Assembly (NCBI GenBank): GCA_949295035.1
Contig: CASFJO010000013.1
Span: 49,681-113,680, forward strand
From: an uncultured Gemmiger sp.
Lineage (GTDB): Bacteria; Bacillota; Clostridia; Oscillospirales; Ruminococcaceae
Direction of reading: 5' to 3'
DNA length: 64,000 nt
Numbering within the stretch: the stretch's first letter is position 1; each line of letters starts with the position of its first letter. Under the pieces are notes generated by a model. It saw only the letters and a program-made list of their open reading frames with translations, ran no database searches and had not been told where the DNA came from. Shown here piece by piece: positions 36,817-45,432 of this stretch. The translations under genes and the position numbers were made by a program.

Positions 36817-36860
36817 ACGGAAGAGGTTTCCCCCTGTGGGAGGCCTCTTCCGTTTTATTT
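36817..36860 (+). terminator. Rho-independent terminator
   Basis: 10-bp stem ACGGAAGAGG / CCTCTTCCGT followed by TTTTATTT. Confidence 0.8.
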
Positions 36861-36990
36861 ACGGGGCAGCACGGACAGGATGATCCGCGGGCGCGGAACG
36901 GTACGGACCCCGGCGGAATAGTCAACGCGATCCGGGGAACACTGGTCCTGGCGGATTTATGCCCGCCGGTAAGCCAAAAAGGAGTGTGTA

Positions 36991-37185
36991 TTGCTTATGA
37001 ACGCGTTTGTGGATGAGGCGACCTGCATCGGATGCGGGCTGTGCTGTGAGGCGTGCCCCGAGGTGTTCTGCCTGCGGGAGGACGGAAAGGCCGAAGCCGT
37101 GCGGCCGGCGGTGGAAAGTGAACAGGAACAGGTGCAGGCAGCCATTGACGGCTGCCCGGTGGCCGCCATCCGCTGGCTGGAGTAA
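36991..37185 (+). CDS. small 4Fe-4S ferredoxin
   Basis: CIGCGLCCEACP cluster motif plus a distal CP. The start is TTG 36991 or ATG 36997, after AAGGAG. Confidence 0.8.
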   Translation: MLMNAFVDEATCIGCGLCCEACPEVFCLREDGKAEAVRPAVESEQEQVQAAIDGCPVAAIRWLE

Positions 37186-37197
37186 GGAGGGGATGAC

Positions 37198-38838
37198 TTG
37201 GATACCAAGATGTTTTGTTATCAGTGTCAGGAAGCGGCCGGCGGCCGGGGATGCACCCAGGCTGGCGTATGCGGCAAGAGCGCCGATGTAGCCCGCTGGC
37301 AGGATCTGCTGGTATACGTGACAAAAGGGCTTGCCGCCGCGGCCCAGGCGATGCGGCGGGAAGGCAAGGAGGTGCCGAACTGGGTGGGGCGAGCCATCAC
37401 CCTGAACCTGTTTACCACCATCACCAACGCCAACTTTGATCGGCAGACGATCGAAGGGCGCATTCGCACCACGCTGGACGGCAAAAAAGAACTGTTGGCC
37501 CGGCTGGAGACCACCCGCGATCTGCCCGAGGCGGCCTTGTGGGATGGTGTGGGCGATTGGGAGGCCAAGGCCCGCGAGGTGGGGGTTCTGGCCACAAAAG
37601 ACGAGGATGTGCGTTCGCTGCGGGAACTCATCACCTACGGACTGAAAGGGCTGTCCGCCTACACCAAGCACGCCAATCGGCTGCTTCGGGACGATCCGGA
37701 GTTGGAGGCCTTTCTCCAGAGAGCGCTGGCGTCCACACTGGACGACAGCCTGACCGCGGAGCAGCTGGTGGAACTGACCCTGGAGACCGGGCGGTATGGG
37801 GTGGCAGCCATGGCTCTGCTGGACAGAGCGCACACCGAGGCATACGGTGCGCCGGAGATCAGCCGGGTGAATATCGGCGCGGGGAGGCGTCCGGGCATTC
37901 TGGTATCGGGGCACGATCTGCGGGATCTGGAGATGCTGCTGGAACAGACGCGGGACGCGGGCATCGACGTGTATACCCATTCGGAAATGCTGCCCGCTCA
38001 CTACTATCCCGGGCTCAAAAAATACCCGCATCTGGCGGGCAACTACGGCAACGCCTGGTGGAAGCAGCCGGAAGAGTTTGAATCTTTCGGCGGGCCGATC
38101 CTGATGACCACCAACTGCATCGTACCGCCCCGGGACAGCTACAAGGACCGGCTGTACACCACCGGCGCCGCCGGATACCCGGGCTGCACGCACATTGCGG
38201 AAGGCCCCGACGGAAACAAGGATTTCTCCCCGCTGATCGAACAGGCAAAACACTGTGCTCCGCCCCGCGCCATCGAGCACGGGCAGATCGTGGGCGGCTT
38301 TGCCCATGCCCAGGTGCTGGCGCTGGCGGACAAGATCGTGGACGCGGTACAGAGCGGCGCAATCCGCGCCTTTGTGGTGATGGCCGGCTGTGACGGCCGC
38401 GCCCGCAGCCGGGAATATTACACCGAATTTGCCCGGGCGCTGCCCGCCGATACGGTGATTCTGACTGCCGGCTGCGCCAAATACCGGTACAACAAACTGG
38501 AACTGGGCGAGATCGGCGGCATCCCCCGGGTGCTGGATGCCGGCCAGTGCAACGATTCCTACTCACTGGCGGTGATCGCCCTGAAGCTGAAAGAGGCGTT
38601 CGGCCTGAAAGACGTGAACGAACTGCCCATCGTATACAACATTGCCTGGTATGAGCAGAAAGCCGTCATCGTGCTGTTGGCGCTGCTTTCCCTGGGGGTG
38701 AAAAACATTCATCTGGGCCCCACCCTGCCCGCCTTTCTGAGCCCGCGGATGGCCTCGGTGCTGACCGAACGGTTCGGGATCGCCGGGATCGGAACCGTGG
38801 AAAAGGATCTGGAACTTTTCTTCGGGCAGCAGGCATAA
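37198..38838 (+). CDS. hcp: hybrid-cluster protein / hydroxylamine reductase
   Basis: N-terminal cubane motif [23 protein letters not shown]. 546 aa. The start is TTG 37198 or ATG 37210. Confidence 0.92.
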   Translation: MDTKMFCYQCQEAAGGRGCTQAGVCGKSADVARWQDLLVYVTKGLAAAAQAMRREGKEVPNWVGRAITLNLFTTITNANFDRQTIEGRIRTTLDGKKELLARLETTRDLPEAALWDGVGDWEAKAREVGVLATKDEDVRSLRELITYGLKGLSAYTKHANRLLRDDPELEAFLQRALASTLDDSLTAEQLVELTLETGRYGVAAMALLDRAHTEAYGAPEISRVNIGAGRRPGILVSGHDLRDLEMLLEQTRDAGIDVYTHSEMLPAHYYPGLKKYPHLAGNYGNAWWKQPEEFESFGGPILMTTNCIVPPRDSYKDRLYTTGAAGYPGCTHIAEGPDGNKDFSPLIEQAKHCAPPRAIEHGQIVGGFAHAQVLALADKIVDAVQSGAIRAFVVMAGCDGRARSREYYTEFARALPADTVILTAGCAKYRYNKLELGEIGGIPRVLDAGQCNDSYSLAVIALKLKEAFGLKDVNELPIVYNIAWYEQKAVIVLLALLSLGVKNIHLGPTLPAFLSPRMASVLTERFGIAGIGTVEKDLELFFGQQA

Positions 38839-38841
38839 GAG

Positions 38842-38881
38842 AAAGCACGCCCTCCCGACAAACCGGGAGGGTGTGCTTTTT
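38842..38881. terminator. Bidirectional terminator between convergent hcp and the DUF4132 gene
   Basis: Stem AAAGCACGCCCTCCCG / CGGGAGGGTGTGCTTT with T-runs on both strands. Confidence 0.85.
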
Positions 38882-38907
38882 GATCGAAAATAATTCAGGG
38901 CCCGCGG

Positions 38908-41900
38908 TCAGCGCTGGCTTTTCCAGTCCGGATCGGTCTCGGTGCTGGAGGCGGTGGCCCGTATCAGCTGCCAGACGATCTCGCTGTAGTAGCGGGCCGG
39001 CACCTTGTCCGGCGCCAGCACATCGGCGTCCTGGATGGTATCGTAGCGATAACTGCCCCGCTGTACAGCCCCCGCTTTGTAGAACACCGCGTCGTAGACC
39101 GTCACCGTCTCATTCTCGTCGCCTACAAAACAGCCGGAAAATCTCAGTTCCACACCCAGGTCCAGGGACAGGTCCTCCCGATAGAAGGTATAGTAGCCTC
39201 CCCCGTCCAGCACGCTGCCGCGATACCAGCCCATCCCCTGCAGCTTGCCCGAGAGGGACAGGCCGTTGAGTTTTTTACCGCCGAACGATTCCAGGCAGCC
39301 TGCCGCCGCGTCCTGCGGCTGCAGGGTATAGACCGGCCGGTCCAACTGCGGAATGCTTTGGGTGATCTCATAATCCGCCAACTGCTGCTTCCAGTTTTCC
39401 AGAGCCTCGGCCTCCAGTTCCACCGGATGTACCAGGCCGATCCGGGCGGCGGCAGGCAGCGTATATTCCTCCTCATCCGCCGTGTTGAAGGAGCCATCCT
39501 CCATATAGCGGAAGGTGGCGGTAAGCCGATCGCCCTCATACACGCCCCAGATCAGGCTGATGGCAAACTGGTGCATGATGGGATTGCGCACAAACAGCGC
39601 CTGCCAGGCCTCTGCGTCCCAGCAGCGCAGAGCGGCCAGCGCCGCTTCCAGGCGTGCCTTCTGGGTGGAAACGGTGGTGCGGATCTGCTTTTTCATGGTC
39701 TTGAAGGCCTCGTACGAAGCGGCAGCCTTTTCCGGATCGTCGGTCTTGCCGGGCGACGGCAGGTTTTTGACCGTCTTGCCCGCGTCGTTGGCGATGGATA
39801 GTTCCAGCGTGGGGGTCAGGCGAACGGTAAACGAGCGGGGACCGTAATCAAAGACGCGCTTGCCGTCGGCAGAGAAGCCCAGGTCCGGCACGATCCGGTC
39901 GGCCAGTTCCTCGGCTGTGATCCCCAGTTCCTTTGCCGCATTTTGCAGCGCGGCCGCGGCGGCCGTCTTGACCTGTCGGAACTTGAACTTGCGGGCAATG
40001 GAATCCACCACCAGCAGCGCCGCCGGGTCCGGGCTGAGGGCCAGCGCCATGACCGCGTCGCAGGCAATGGCACCCCGGGCGTGCTGCGGCCAGTCGTTGA
40101 CGGCATGCTGCATGCGGGGCGTCATGGCCGGGCCGCCAAAAGCCGCCACAAACGCCAGCACCCACTTGGACTTGCTCTGTGCGCCGGCAGCCAGCCACCG
40201 CTCCCAGACCTCCGCGGCCAGCGCGGCCAGGTCGGCCGGGTCAAGCCCCTGCGCGATGGCGGCGGCCGTATCGCTGCGGCCTACGCGGCCCAGTTCGCAA
40301 TAGGCCGCCAGCAGCGCGTCCCGCCGGTCTTCGCTGACCGGGGTGCCGCCGGCCCCGCGTACCGGGGGCAGGGCCGGCTCCAGCAGCCACTGAAAGCGGC
40401 GGCGCTTGCCCCCCTTCAATATCTGCGCGGCCAACTGGTCCGGCGAGGCCGCCTCCTCCCCGGCGCAGGGCCCGGTCGCGGCCTGCCCCAGCGCGGCCCG
40501 AATGGCGTCGGCCACCTTGGCGCTTTTTTCCGCGGCCAGCGCGGTCTCCAGCGCGGGATGAAGCGTTTCGCCCCAGCGGGCTGCCACCTGTACGGCCAGA
40601 AGCCGCTCAACGGCTTTTTTGCTCTTCAGCAGGCCGGCAATATCCTCCGCCCAATCCGGATGGGCGGACAAAATGGCGGTCAGAAGTTCCTGGATCTGTT
40701 TGGACGAATCCCCCGCGCAGGCCAAGATCCCCGCCTTGGCGGCCGCTCCCTCTTCGCCGGGCAGTGCGGCGATGTCATCCAGCGCGGAGAGCGCTACAGA
40801 CCGGCCGAACATACCGCTTTTCTGCGCCGCCTGGCAGAGTTCCTGACAATATTGGGGGTGGCCCAGCGCCGCGTATACCGCATTGCGGACCTTCACTTTT
40901 TCATCTTCGCGGTAAAAACTTGCTTCCAGCGCGCCAAACACCTGCAGCAGCGGGGAGACCGGCAGGCCCTGTTCCAGCAAAGCCTGTGCCAGGGCGGTCA
41001 TATCCGCATCCGTTCGCACCAGATTCGTCAGCCCGCGCCCTTCGCACGAAAGCCCCACAACCATCACGCAGCGGCAGGCAAATGTGTCCCAGCCGGCCTT
41101 TTCCCGGTGTTTTTGCAGCAGCCGGATCGCGTGTTCCGTATCAGGATAGCGATTTAGAACAAGGCCGGCCAACCGTGCGTCGGCGTCTTGCAGGCCGCCG
41201 CCCGGTTCCTGCACAAACGCCAGTAGTTCCTTGCCCCCTTGCTGAAACAGTTTTGCCAGCATCTCGGCAATGATCTCCCGCGTATCCGCCGGCCGCGCGG
41301 CCGGCGGCAGCAGGTCGATCAGATGCACATACTGGTTCTTGTCTGCCAGTTCCAGCGCCTTCTGTACGCCGCCCAGGCATCGCCGGATCACTGCGTCGAT
41401 CTGGTTTCTGTCCAGCCAGTAATACCCGAAACTCCCCATCGCCAGCAGCATGGTCACCGGGCCGCCGGGCAGATCGGCCAGCAGCGTATCCAGTTGTTTT
41501 TCGCAATACTCCCAGGGAGCGGCGTGGAACACGGCCCGCAGCGTGGTGACCGTATCCAGCGCCAGATACAGCCGCACGACGCAGTGCAGCCGGGGGTCCT
41601 GCTGCTGCCCCAAAAAGGCGGCGGCGCTCAGCAGCGCGATCAGATACGCGCTGCTGATATACGGGCGGGAGCCAAGCACGGCCCGGGGATCGCCGCCGTC
41701 GGGCAGCGGGACCGACAAGGCCGGCAGCGGCGCGCCGGGCTCGCCCGACCGCAGATAACGGCCGATGGCCTGCTGGTCGGCTTCGGCCAGCTGGGAAACG
41801 GTCAGCGAAAGGCAGCCCTGGAGTTTGCCGAGCAGATCGTCCGCATGGCGGACGGCCGACGCGCTTTTTCCGGTCAGCCGCTGCAGCAGCCCGGAGCGGG

Positions 41901-42435
41901 CGTTGGCATCCCCGTACAGCAGGATGCCGTCCAGCAGAATGTTCAGATTGTTCCATTTGGTGCCGCCCAGGTTCTGCGCCGCCTCCAGCGTTTCCGGCTC
42001 GGACGCGGCCAATTCATACAGCCATTTCATGTCCTGCCAGGAGGGGGTATTCCGCCATACCATATATTCGGCCAGCATGGCCGCTGCCGCGGGTTTACCC
42101 AGCAAAGAAACACACAGCGGCCGCGTGTTTTCCAGAAGCCTGGCCAGCGGGAACACCGCCGTGCTTTTGCCGATCGCCCAGAACAGTTTGATGTGCCGGG
42201 ACAGCGCCTCAGTGTCCGAAGTCTGGTACAGCTCCGCCAGGTATGCGGTATCCTCCCGACGCAGGTTCTGCGCCGTCTCCCGAAGGTCCTGCGGTTCGAC
42301 CTGGTTCAGCAGATCGTCGTTGCGGCTTTCCGCGGAGAGATACTCCGCCGCCAGCGCTTTGTTGGCCGGGGTCAGCCCCATTTTCTCCAAAAAATTCTCC
42401 TGCCGCTCCTGTTTGCCGGCTTGCTGCGTATTCAT
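38908..42435 (-). CDS. DUF4132 domain protein (MolR/YehI-like), long paralog, 1175 aa
   Basis: C-terminal module FVRNPIMHQFAISLIWGVYEGDRLTATFRYMEDGSFNT...ADYEITQSIPQL recognised as DUF4132. Helical-repeat N-terminal two-thirds. GGAGGAA RBS before ATG 42435. Confidence 0.7.
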   Translation of the reverse strand: MNTQQAGKQERQENFLEKMGLTPANKALAAEYLSAESRNDDLLNQVEPQDLRETAQNLRREDTAYLAELYQTSDTEALSRHIKLFWAIGKSTAVFPLARLLENTRPLCVSLLGKPAAAAMLAEYMVWRNTPSWQDMKWLYELAASEPETLEAAQNLGGTKWNNLNILLDGILLYGDANARSGLLQRLTGKSASAVRHADDLLGKLQGCLSLTVSQLAEADQQAIGRYLRSGEPGAPLPALSVPLPDGGDPRAVLGSRPYISSAYLIALLSAAAFLGQQQDPRLHCVVRLYLALDTVTTLRAVFHAAPWEYCEKQLDTLLADLPGGPVTMLLAMGSFGYYWLDRNQIDAVIRRCLGGVQKALELADKNQYVHLIDLLPPAARPADTREIIAEMLAKLFQQGGKELLAFVQEPGGGLQDADARLAGLVLNRYPDTEHAIRLLQKHREKAGWDTFACRCVMVVGLSCEGRGLTNLVRTDADMTALAQALLEQGLPVSPLLQVFGALEASFYREDEKVKVRNAVYAALGHPQYCQELCQAAQKSGMFGRSVALSALDDIAALPGEEGAAAKAGILACAGDSSKQIQELLTAILSAHPDWAEDIAGLLKSKKAVERLLAVQVAARWGETLHPALETALAAEKSAKVADAIRAALGQAATGPCAGEEAASPDQLAAQILKGGKRRRFQWLLEPALPPVRGAGGTPVSEDRRDALLAAYCELGRVGRSDTAAAIAQGLDPADLAALAAEVWERWLAAGAQSKSKWVLAFVAAFGGPAMTPRMQHAVNDWPQHARGAIACDAVMALALSPDPAALLVVDSIARKFKFRQVKTAAAAALQNAAKELGITAEELADRIVPDLGFSADGKRVFDYGPRSFTVRLTPTLELSIANDAGKTVKNLPSPGKTDDPEKAAASYEAFKTMKKQIRTTVSTQKARLEAALAALRCWDAEAWQALFVRNPIMHQFAISLIWGVYEGDRLTATFRYMEDGSFNTADEEEYTLPAAARIGLVHPVELEAEALENWKQQLADYEITQSIPQLDRPVYTLQPQDAAAGCLESFGGKKLNGLSLSGKLQGMGWYRGSVLDGGGYYTFYREDLSLDLGVELRFSGCFVGDENETVTVYDAVFYKAGAVQRGSYRYDTIQDADVLAPDKVPARYYSEIVWQLIRATASSTETDPDWKSQR

Positions 42436-42526
42436 GGTATTCCTCCTGCCTGTTATGGGTTTTGCGGGCTCTGCCCGGGCCGCCTGATCGCGGGCGGCCG
42501 CTTTTCTTCACGGTATGCCCGGAACT

Positions 42527-45076
42527 TTACCGGTCTTTCCAATCGGGATCGGTCTCGATGCTGGGGGCGGTGGCCCGGGTCAACTGATAGATCGCCTCGC
42601 TGTAATAGCGGGCGGGCAGCTGCCCCAGGGCCAGGATCCGGTCCTCCTCGGGCTCGCCGGGCTTGCCGGCGCCGCCGGTTCTGTAAAAGGCCCCGTCGTA
42701 CACCGTTACGGTCTCATCCTCGTCCCATATCGAGTTGCCGGAGATCCGAAGCACGATCCCCAGGCCCTGGGCCGGCTCTTCCCGGTAAAAGCAGTTGTAC
42801 TCACCGTCCTCGTCGGTTTCGCCCCGGCTCCAGCCCATGCCCCGCAGCCGATTGGAAAGGGACCGGCCGTTGAGGATCTTGCCGCCAAAAGTCTCGAGCC
42901 GGCGGCAGGCCCCGATACCTTCCGGCAGCGGGTAGGCGTGCCGGCTCAACTGAGGGAACGCGGGGATGATCTCATAATCCGCCAGCTGCCGTTTCCAGGC
43001 GGCGCAGGCCTCCTCGCCCAGTTCCACCGGATGGGCCAGCCCCACCCGGGCGCCCTCCGGCAGGGTGTATTCCTCCTCCTCCACCGTGGTGAAGGAGCCG
43101 TCTTCCATATAACGGAAGGCGGTGACAAGACGTCCGTCCTCGTAGGTTCCCCAGATCAGGCTGAGCACAAAGGGGCGCATCAGAGGATTGTGCACAAACA
43201 GTCTTTGCCAGGTCTCGGCATTCCAGCAGCGTCCGCTGGCAAACGCGGCCCGCAGCCGGGACCTCTGGCGCGCCACCACGGCGCGGATCTTCTTTTTGAG
43301 GCCCTTGTAAGCCTCGTAGGAGGCGGCGGCTTTTTCCGGGTCGTCGGTCTTGCCGGGAGACGGCATTTTTTTGAGCGTTTTGCCCGCCTCGGTCTCGAAG
43401 GACAGTTCCAGCGCAGCGTCCAGCCGTACGATCAGCCGGCGGCGGCCATAGTCAAAGACCCGCACCCCCTGGGCGGAAAAGCCCAGCGCAGGCACCAGCT
43501 CATCCAGCAGTTCCTCCAGCGAAAGGCCCCGTTCGTCGGCCGCTGATTGCAACGCGGCAACCGCGCCGTTGCGGATCTGAGGAAATTCAGCCTTGAGGGA
43601 AAGCTCGTCCAGCGCCTCCAGCGCGGCGGTATCCCGGCTTAGGGCCAGCGCGTTCATCACATCGCAGGCGAGGGCCCCACGGAATCTGTACCCCCATTCC
43701 TCAACGCTCTGGCTCAGTTTGGCGGTCATGGTCTCCCCGCCCAGGATCGCCGCCGCTGCCAGCACCCATTTGGCCTTGATCGGGGCGTCGGCCACCAGCC
43801 AGGCCTCATAAACCGCGTCAGCCAGATCGGCCAGATCCTTCTGATCCAGGCCCCGGGCCAGGGTGTCCGCCTCCTGGCAGCGGCCGACATCGCCCACAGC
43901 GCAGTAGGCCGCGAGAATCGCGTCCCGGCGATCCTCGCTGACCGCCTCGCCCTGTTCGGTGTGCAGCGCAGGCAGCGCCGTGTCCAGCAGCCACTGGATC
44001 CTGCGTCGCTTGCCTCCCTTCAGCACCCGGGCGGCCAGTTCCTCCGGGTCATCGGGCGGCGAAACCAGCACTGTGGCACCTACGGGCTTGCCCAGGGCCT
44101 CGCTGATGACCTTGGCCACCTTGGCGCTTTTCTCGGCCGCCAGTGCCTGCTCCAGCTGCGGGCGCAGAGTGCCCAGCGTGCCCGCCACCGTGGCCGCAAC
44201 GCACCGCGCGGCGGCCTTTTTGCTCTTGAGCAGGGCGGCGACATCCGGCGCCCAGTCCGGGTGGGCGCACAGACATTCGCGCAGTACTTTCTGTACCCTT
44301 TGGGAGGAATCCCCCGCACCGGCCAGGATGCCGGCCTTGGCCTGCGCGGCCTGGGCGCCCGGCGCGCCGGTCTTTTCATTCAGGGCCCGGATGGCAATGG
44401 CCCTGCCGAACGCGCAGCTGCCGGTGACGGCCTGGCACAGTTCTTCCAGCCGATCGGTGTTGTTGATCAGCTTCTGCACATTCTCCTCCAGCTGGACCTT
44501 GTTGAACTCCGGGTAGGCGAAATCATACATCCCGCCCATAACGTCCAGGACATCCCGAATGGGCAGGTCCGTTTTCAGCAGTTCCTGCGTCAGCCGGGAG
44601 GATGCGACATACTTGCGTATTTCGCGGCCCTGCATCCGCATGCCCAGCACGATCGAACAGCGGGTGAGGAAAGGATCCCAGCCCACCCGCTCCCGGTATG
44701 GCTGCAGCTTGTTCGGGATATAAGAGGGGAATACATACGGCTCAGCCTGCACCTGTGCCAGTTGGGCGGCACTGTCCCGCAGCGAGCCGGTGGCGGTGAG
44801 ATACGCCCGCGCCTGCTCTTTGCCGGCCACCAGGTAGCGTTCCAGATCCTCAATGGCGCCCAGCCGCAGTTCCTCATCGGTATATTTCGACCAATGTTCA
44901 CGCAGATCACCATCGACATACTCGGACCAAAATTCATTCTTGAAACCGCCCCGCCAGCTCGCAACGAGTTCCTCGTCCTCCGGATCCAGCAGCCAGGACA
45001 TATCCCAGCCTCCCTTCATGGCGATCTCCTTCGCCTTGTTCTGCGCCGCGCTATCCCGCATGGTATCCTGGCCCAT
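42527..45076 (-). CDS. DUF4132 domain protein (MolR/YehI-like), short paralog, 849 aa
   Basis: ATG 45076, with AAAGGAG upstream. C-terminal module FVHNPLMRPFVLSLIWGTYEDGRLVTAFRYMEDGSFTT...ADYEIIPAFPQL is closely similar to the downstream gene. Confidence 0.7.
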   Translation of the reverse strand: MGQDTMRDSAAQNKAKEIAMKGGWDMSWLLDPEDEELVASWRGGFKNEFWSEYVDGDLREHWSKYTDEELRLGAIEDLERYLVAGKEQARAYLTATGSLRDSAAQLAQVQAEPYVFPSYIPNKLQPYRERVGWDPFLTRCSIVLGMRMQGREIRKYVASSRLTQELLKTDLPIRDVLDVMGGMYDFAYPEFNKVQLEENVQKLINNTDRLEELCQAVTGSCAFGRAIAIRALNEKTGAPGAQAAQAKAGILAGAGDSSQRVQKVLRECLCAHPDWAPDVAALLKSKKAAARCVAATVAGTLGTLRPQLEQALAAEKSAKVAKVISEALGKPVGATVLVSPPDDPEELAARVLKGGKRRRIQWLLDTALPALHTEQGEAVSEDRRDAILAAYCAVGDVGRCQEADTLARGLDQKDLADLADAVYEAWLVADAPIKAKWVLAAAAILGGETMTAKLSQSVEEWGYRFRGALACDVMNALALSRDTAALEALDELSLKAEFPQIRNGAVAALQSAADERGLSLEELLDELVPALGFSAQGVRVFDYGRRRLIVRLDAALELSFETEAGKTLKKMPSPGKTDDPEKAAASYEAYKGLKKKIRAVVARQRSRLRAAFASGRCWNAETWQRLFVHNPLMRPFVLSLIWGTYEDGRLVTAFRYMEDGSFTTVEEEEYTLPEGARVGLAHPVELGEEACAAWKRQLADYEIIPAFPQLSRHAYPLPEGIGACRRLETFGGKILNGRSLSNRLRGMGWSRGETDEDGEYNCFYREEPAQGLGIVLRISGNSIWDEDETVTVYDGAFYRTGGAGKPGEPEEDRILALGQLPARYYSEAIYQLTRATAPSIETDPDWKDR

Positions 45077-45102
45077 ATCGGCACTGCTCCTTTCTGATTT
45101 TT

Positions 45103-45432
45103 TCAAGTATCTTGCTCCTGTTCTTCCGCCAGGCACTGCCAGCGTGCAACGACAGACTCCTCCTGCAGCTTTTGCCGGCACAGTTCTTCATACCGGACGA
45201 GGCGGCAGAGCGTATCCGTCAGCGGCAGATCGTCCTTCTGCAAAGCGTGCGGGCGGGCGGCAAGCTTGCCGGCCAGTTCATCCAAAAGCGCCGCGCCGGT
45301 ATGCAGGCCCGCCGCCTCACAGCGCCCGCTCAGCGCGCGCAGTTTCTCCGCCGCCGAAGGGCCGCCGGTATCCAGCCCCGACCGCAGCAGATCGCCAAGA
45401 ATCTGTCCGATCTCCTTCAGCAATTCGGTCAT
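45103..45432 (-). CDS. small (109 aa) predicted all-helical acidic protein, family unknown
   Basis: ATGA overlap with the SWIM gene stop codon (45429-45432). Codon usage matches the neighbouring genes. No recognisable motif. Confidence 0.6.
   Translation of the reverse strand: MTELLKEIGQILGDLLRSGLDTGGPSAAEKLRALSGRCEAAGLHTGAALLDELAGKLAARPHALQKDDLPLTDTLCRLVRYEELCRQKLQEESVVARWQCLAEEQEQDT

Noticed and set aside
36861-36990. Looked for an HcpR/NsrR/Fnr-type palindrome upstream of ferredoxin-hcp
   Set aside because: No clear TTGAT-N4-ATCAA-like or other dyad was found by eye, so I make no call.
42436-42526. Hairpin GGCCGCC...GGCGGCC in the 91-nt gap between the two DUF4132 genes, as a possible internal terminator
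   Set aside because: The stem is only 7 bp and no U-tract follows on the minus strand. The GGAGGAA RBS of the next gene follows, so it is treated as an intra-operon spacer.
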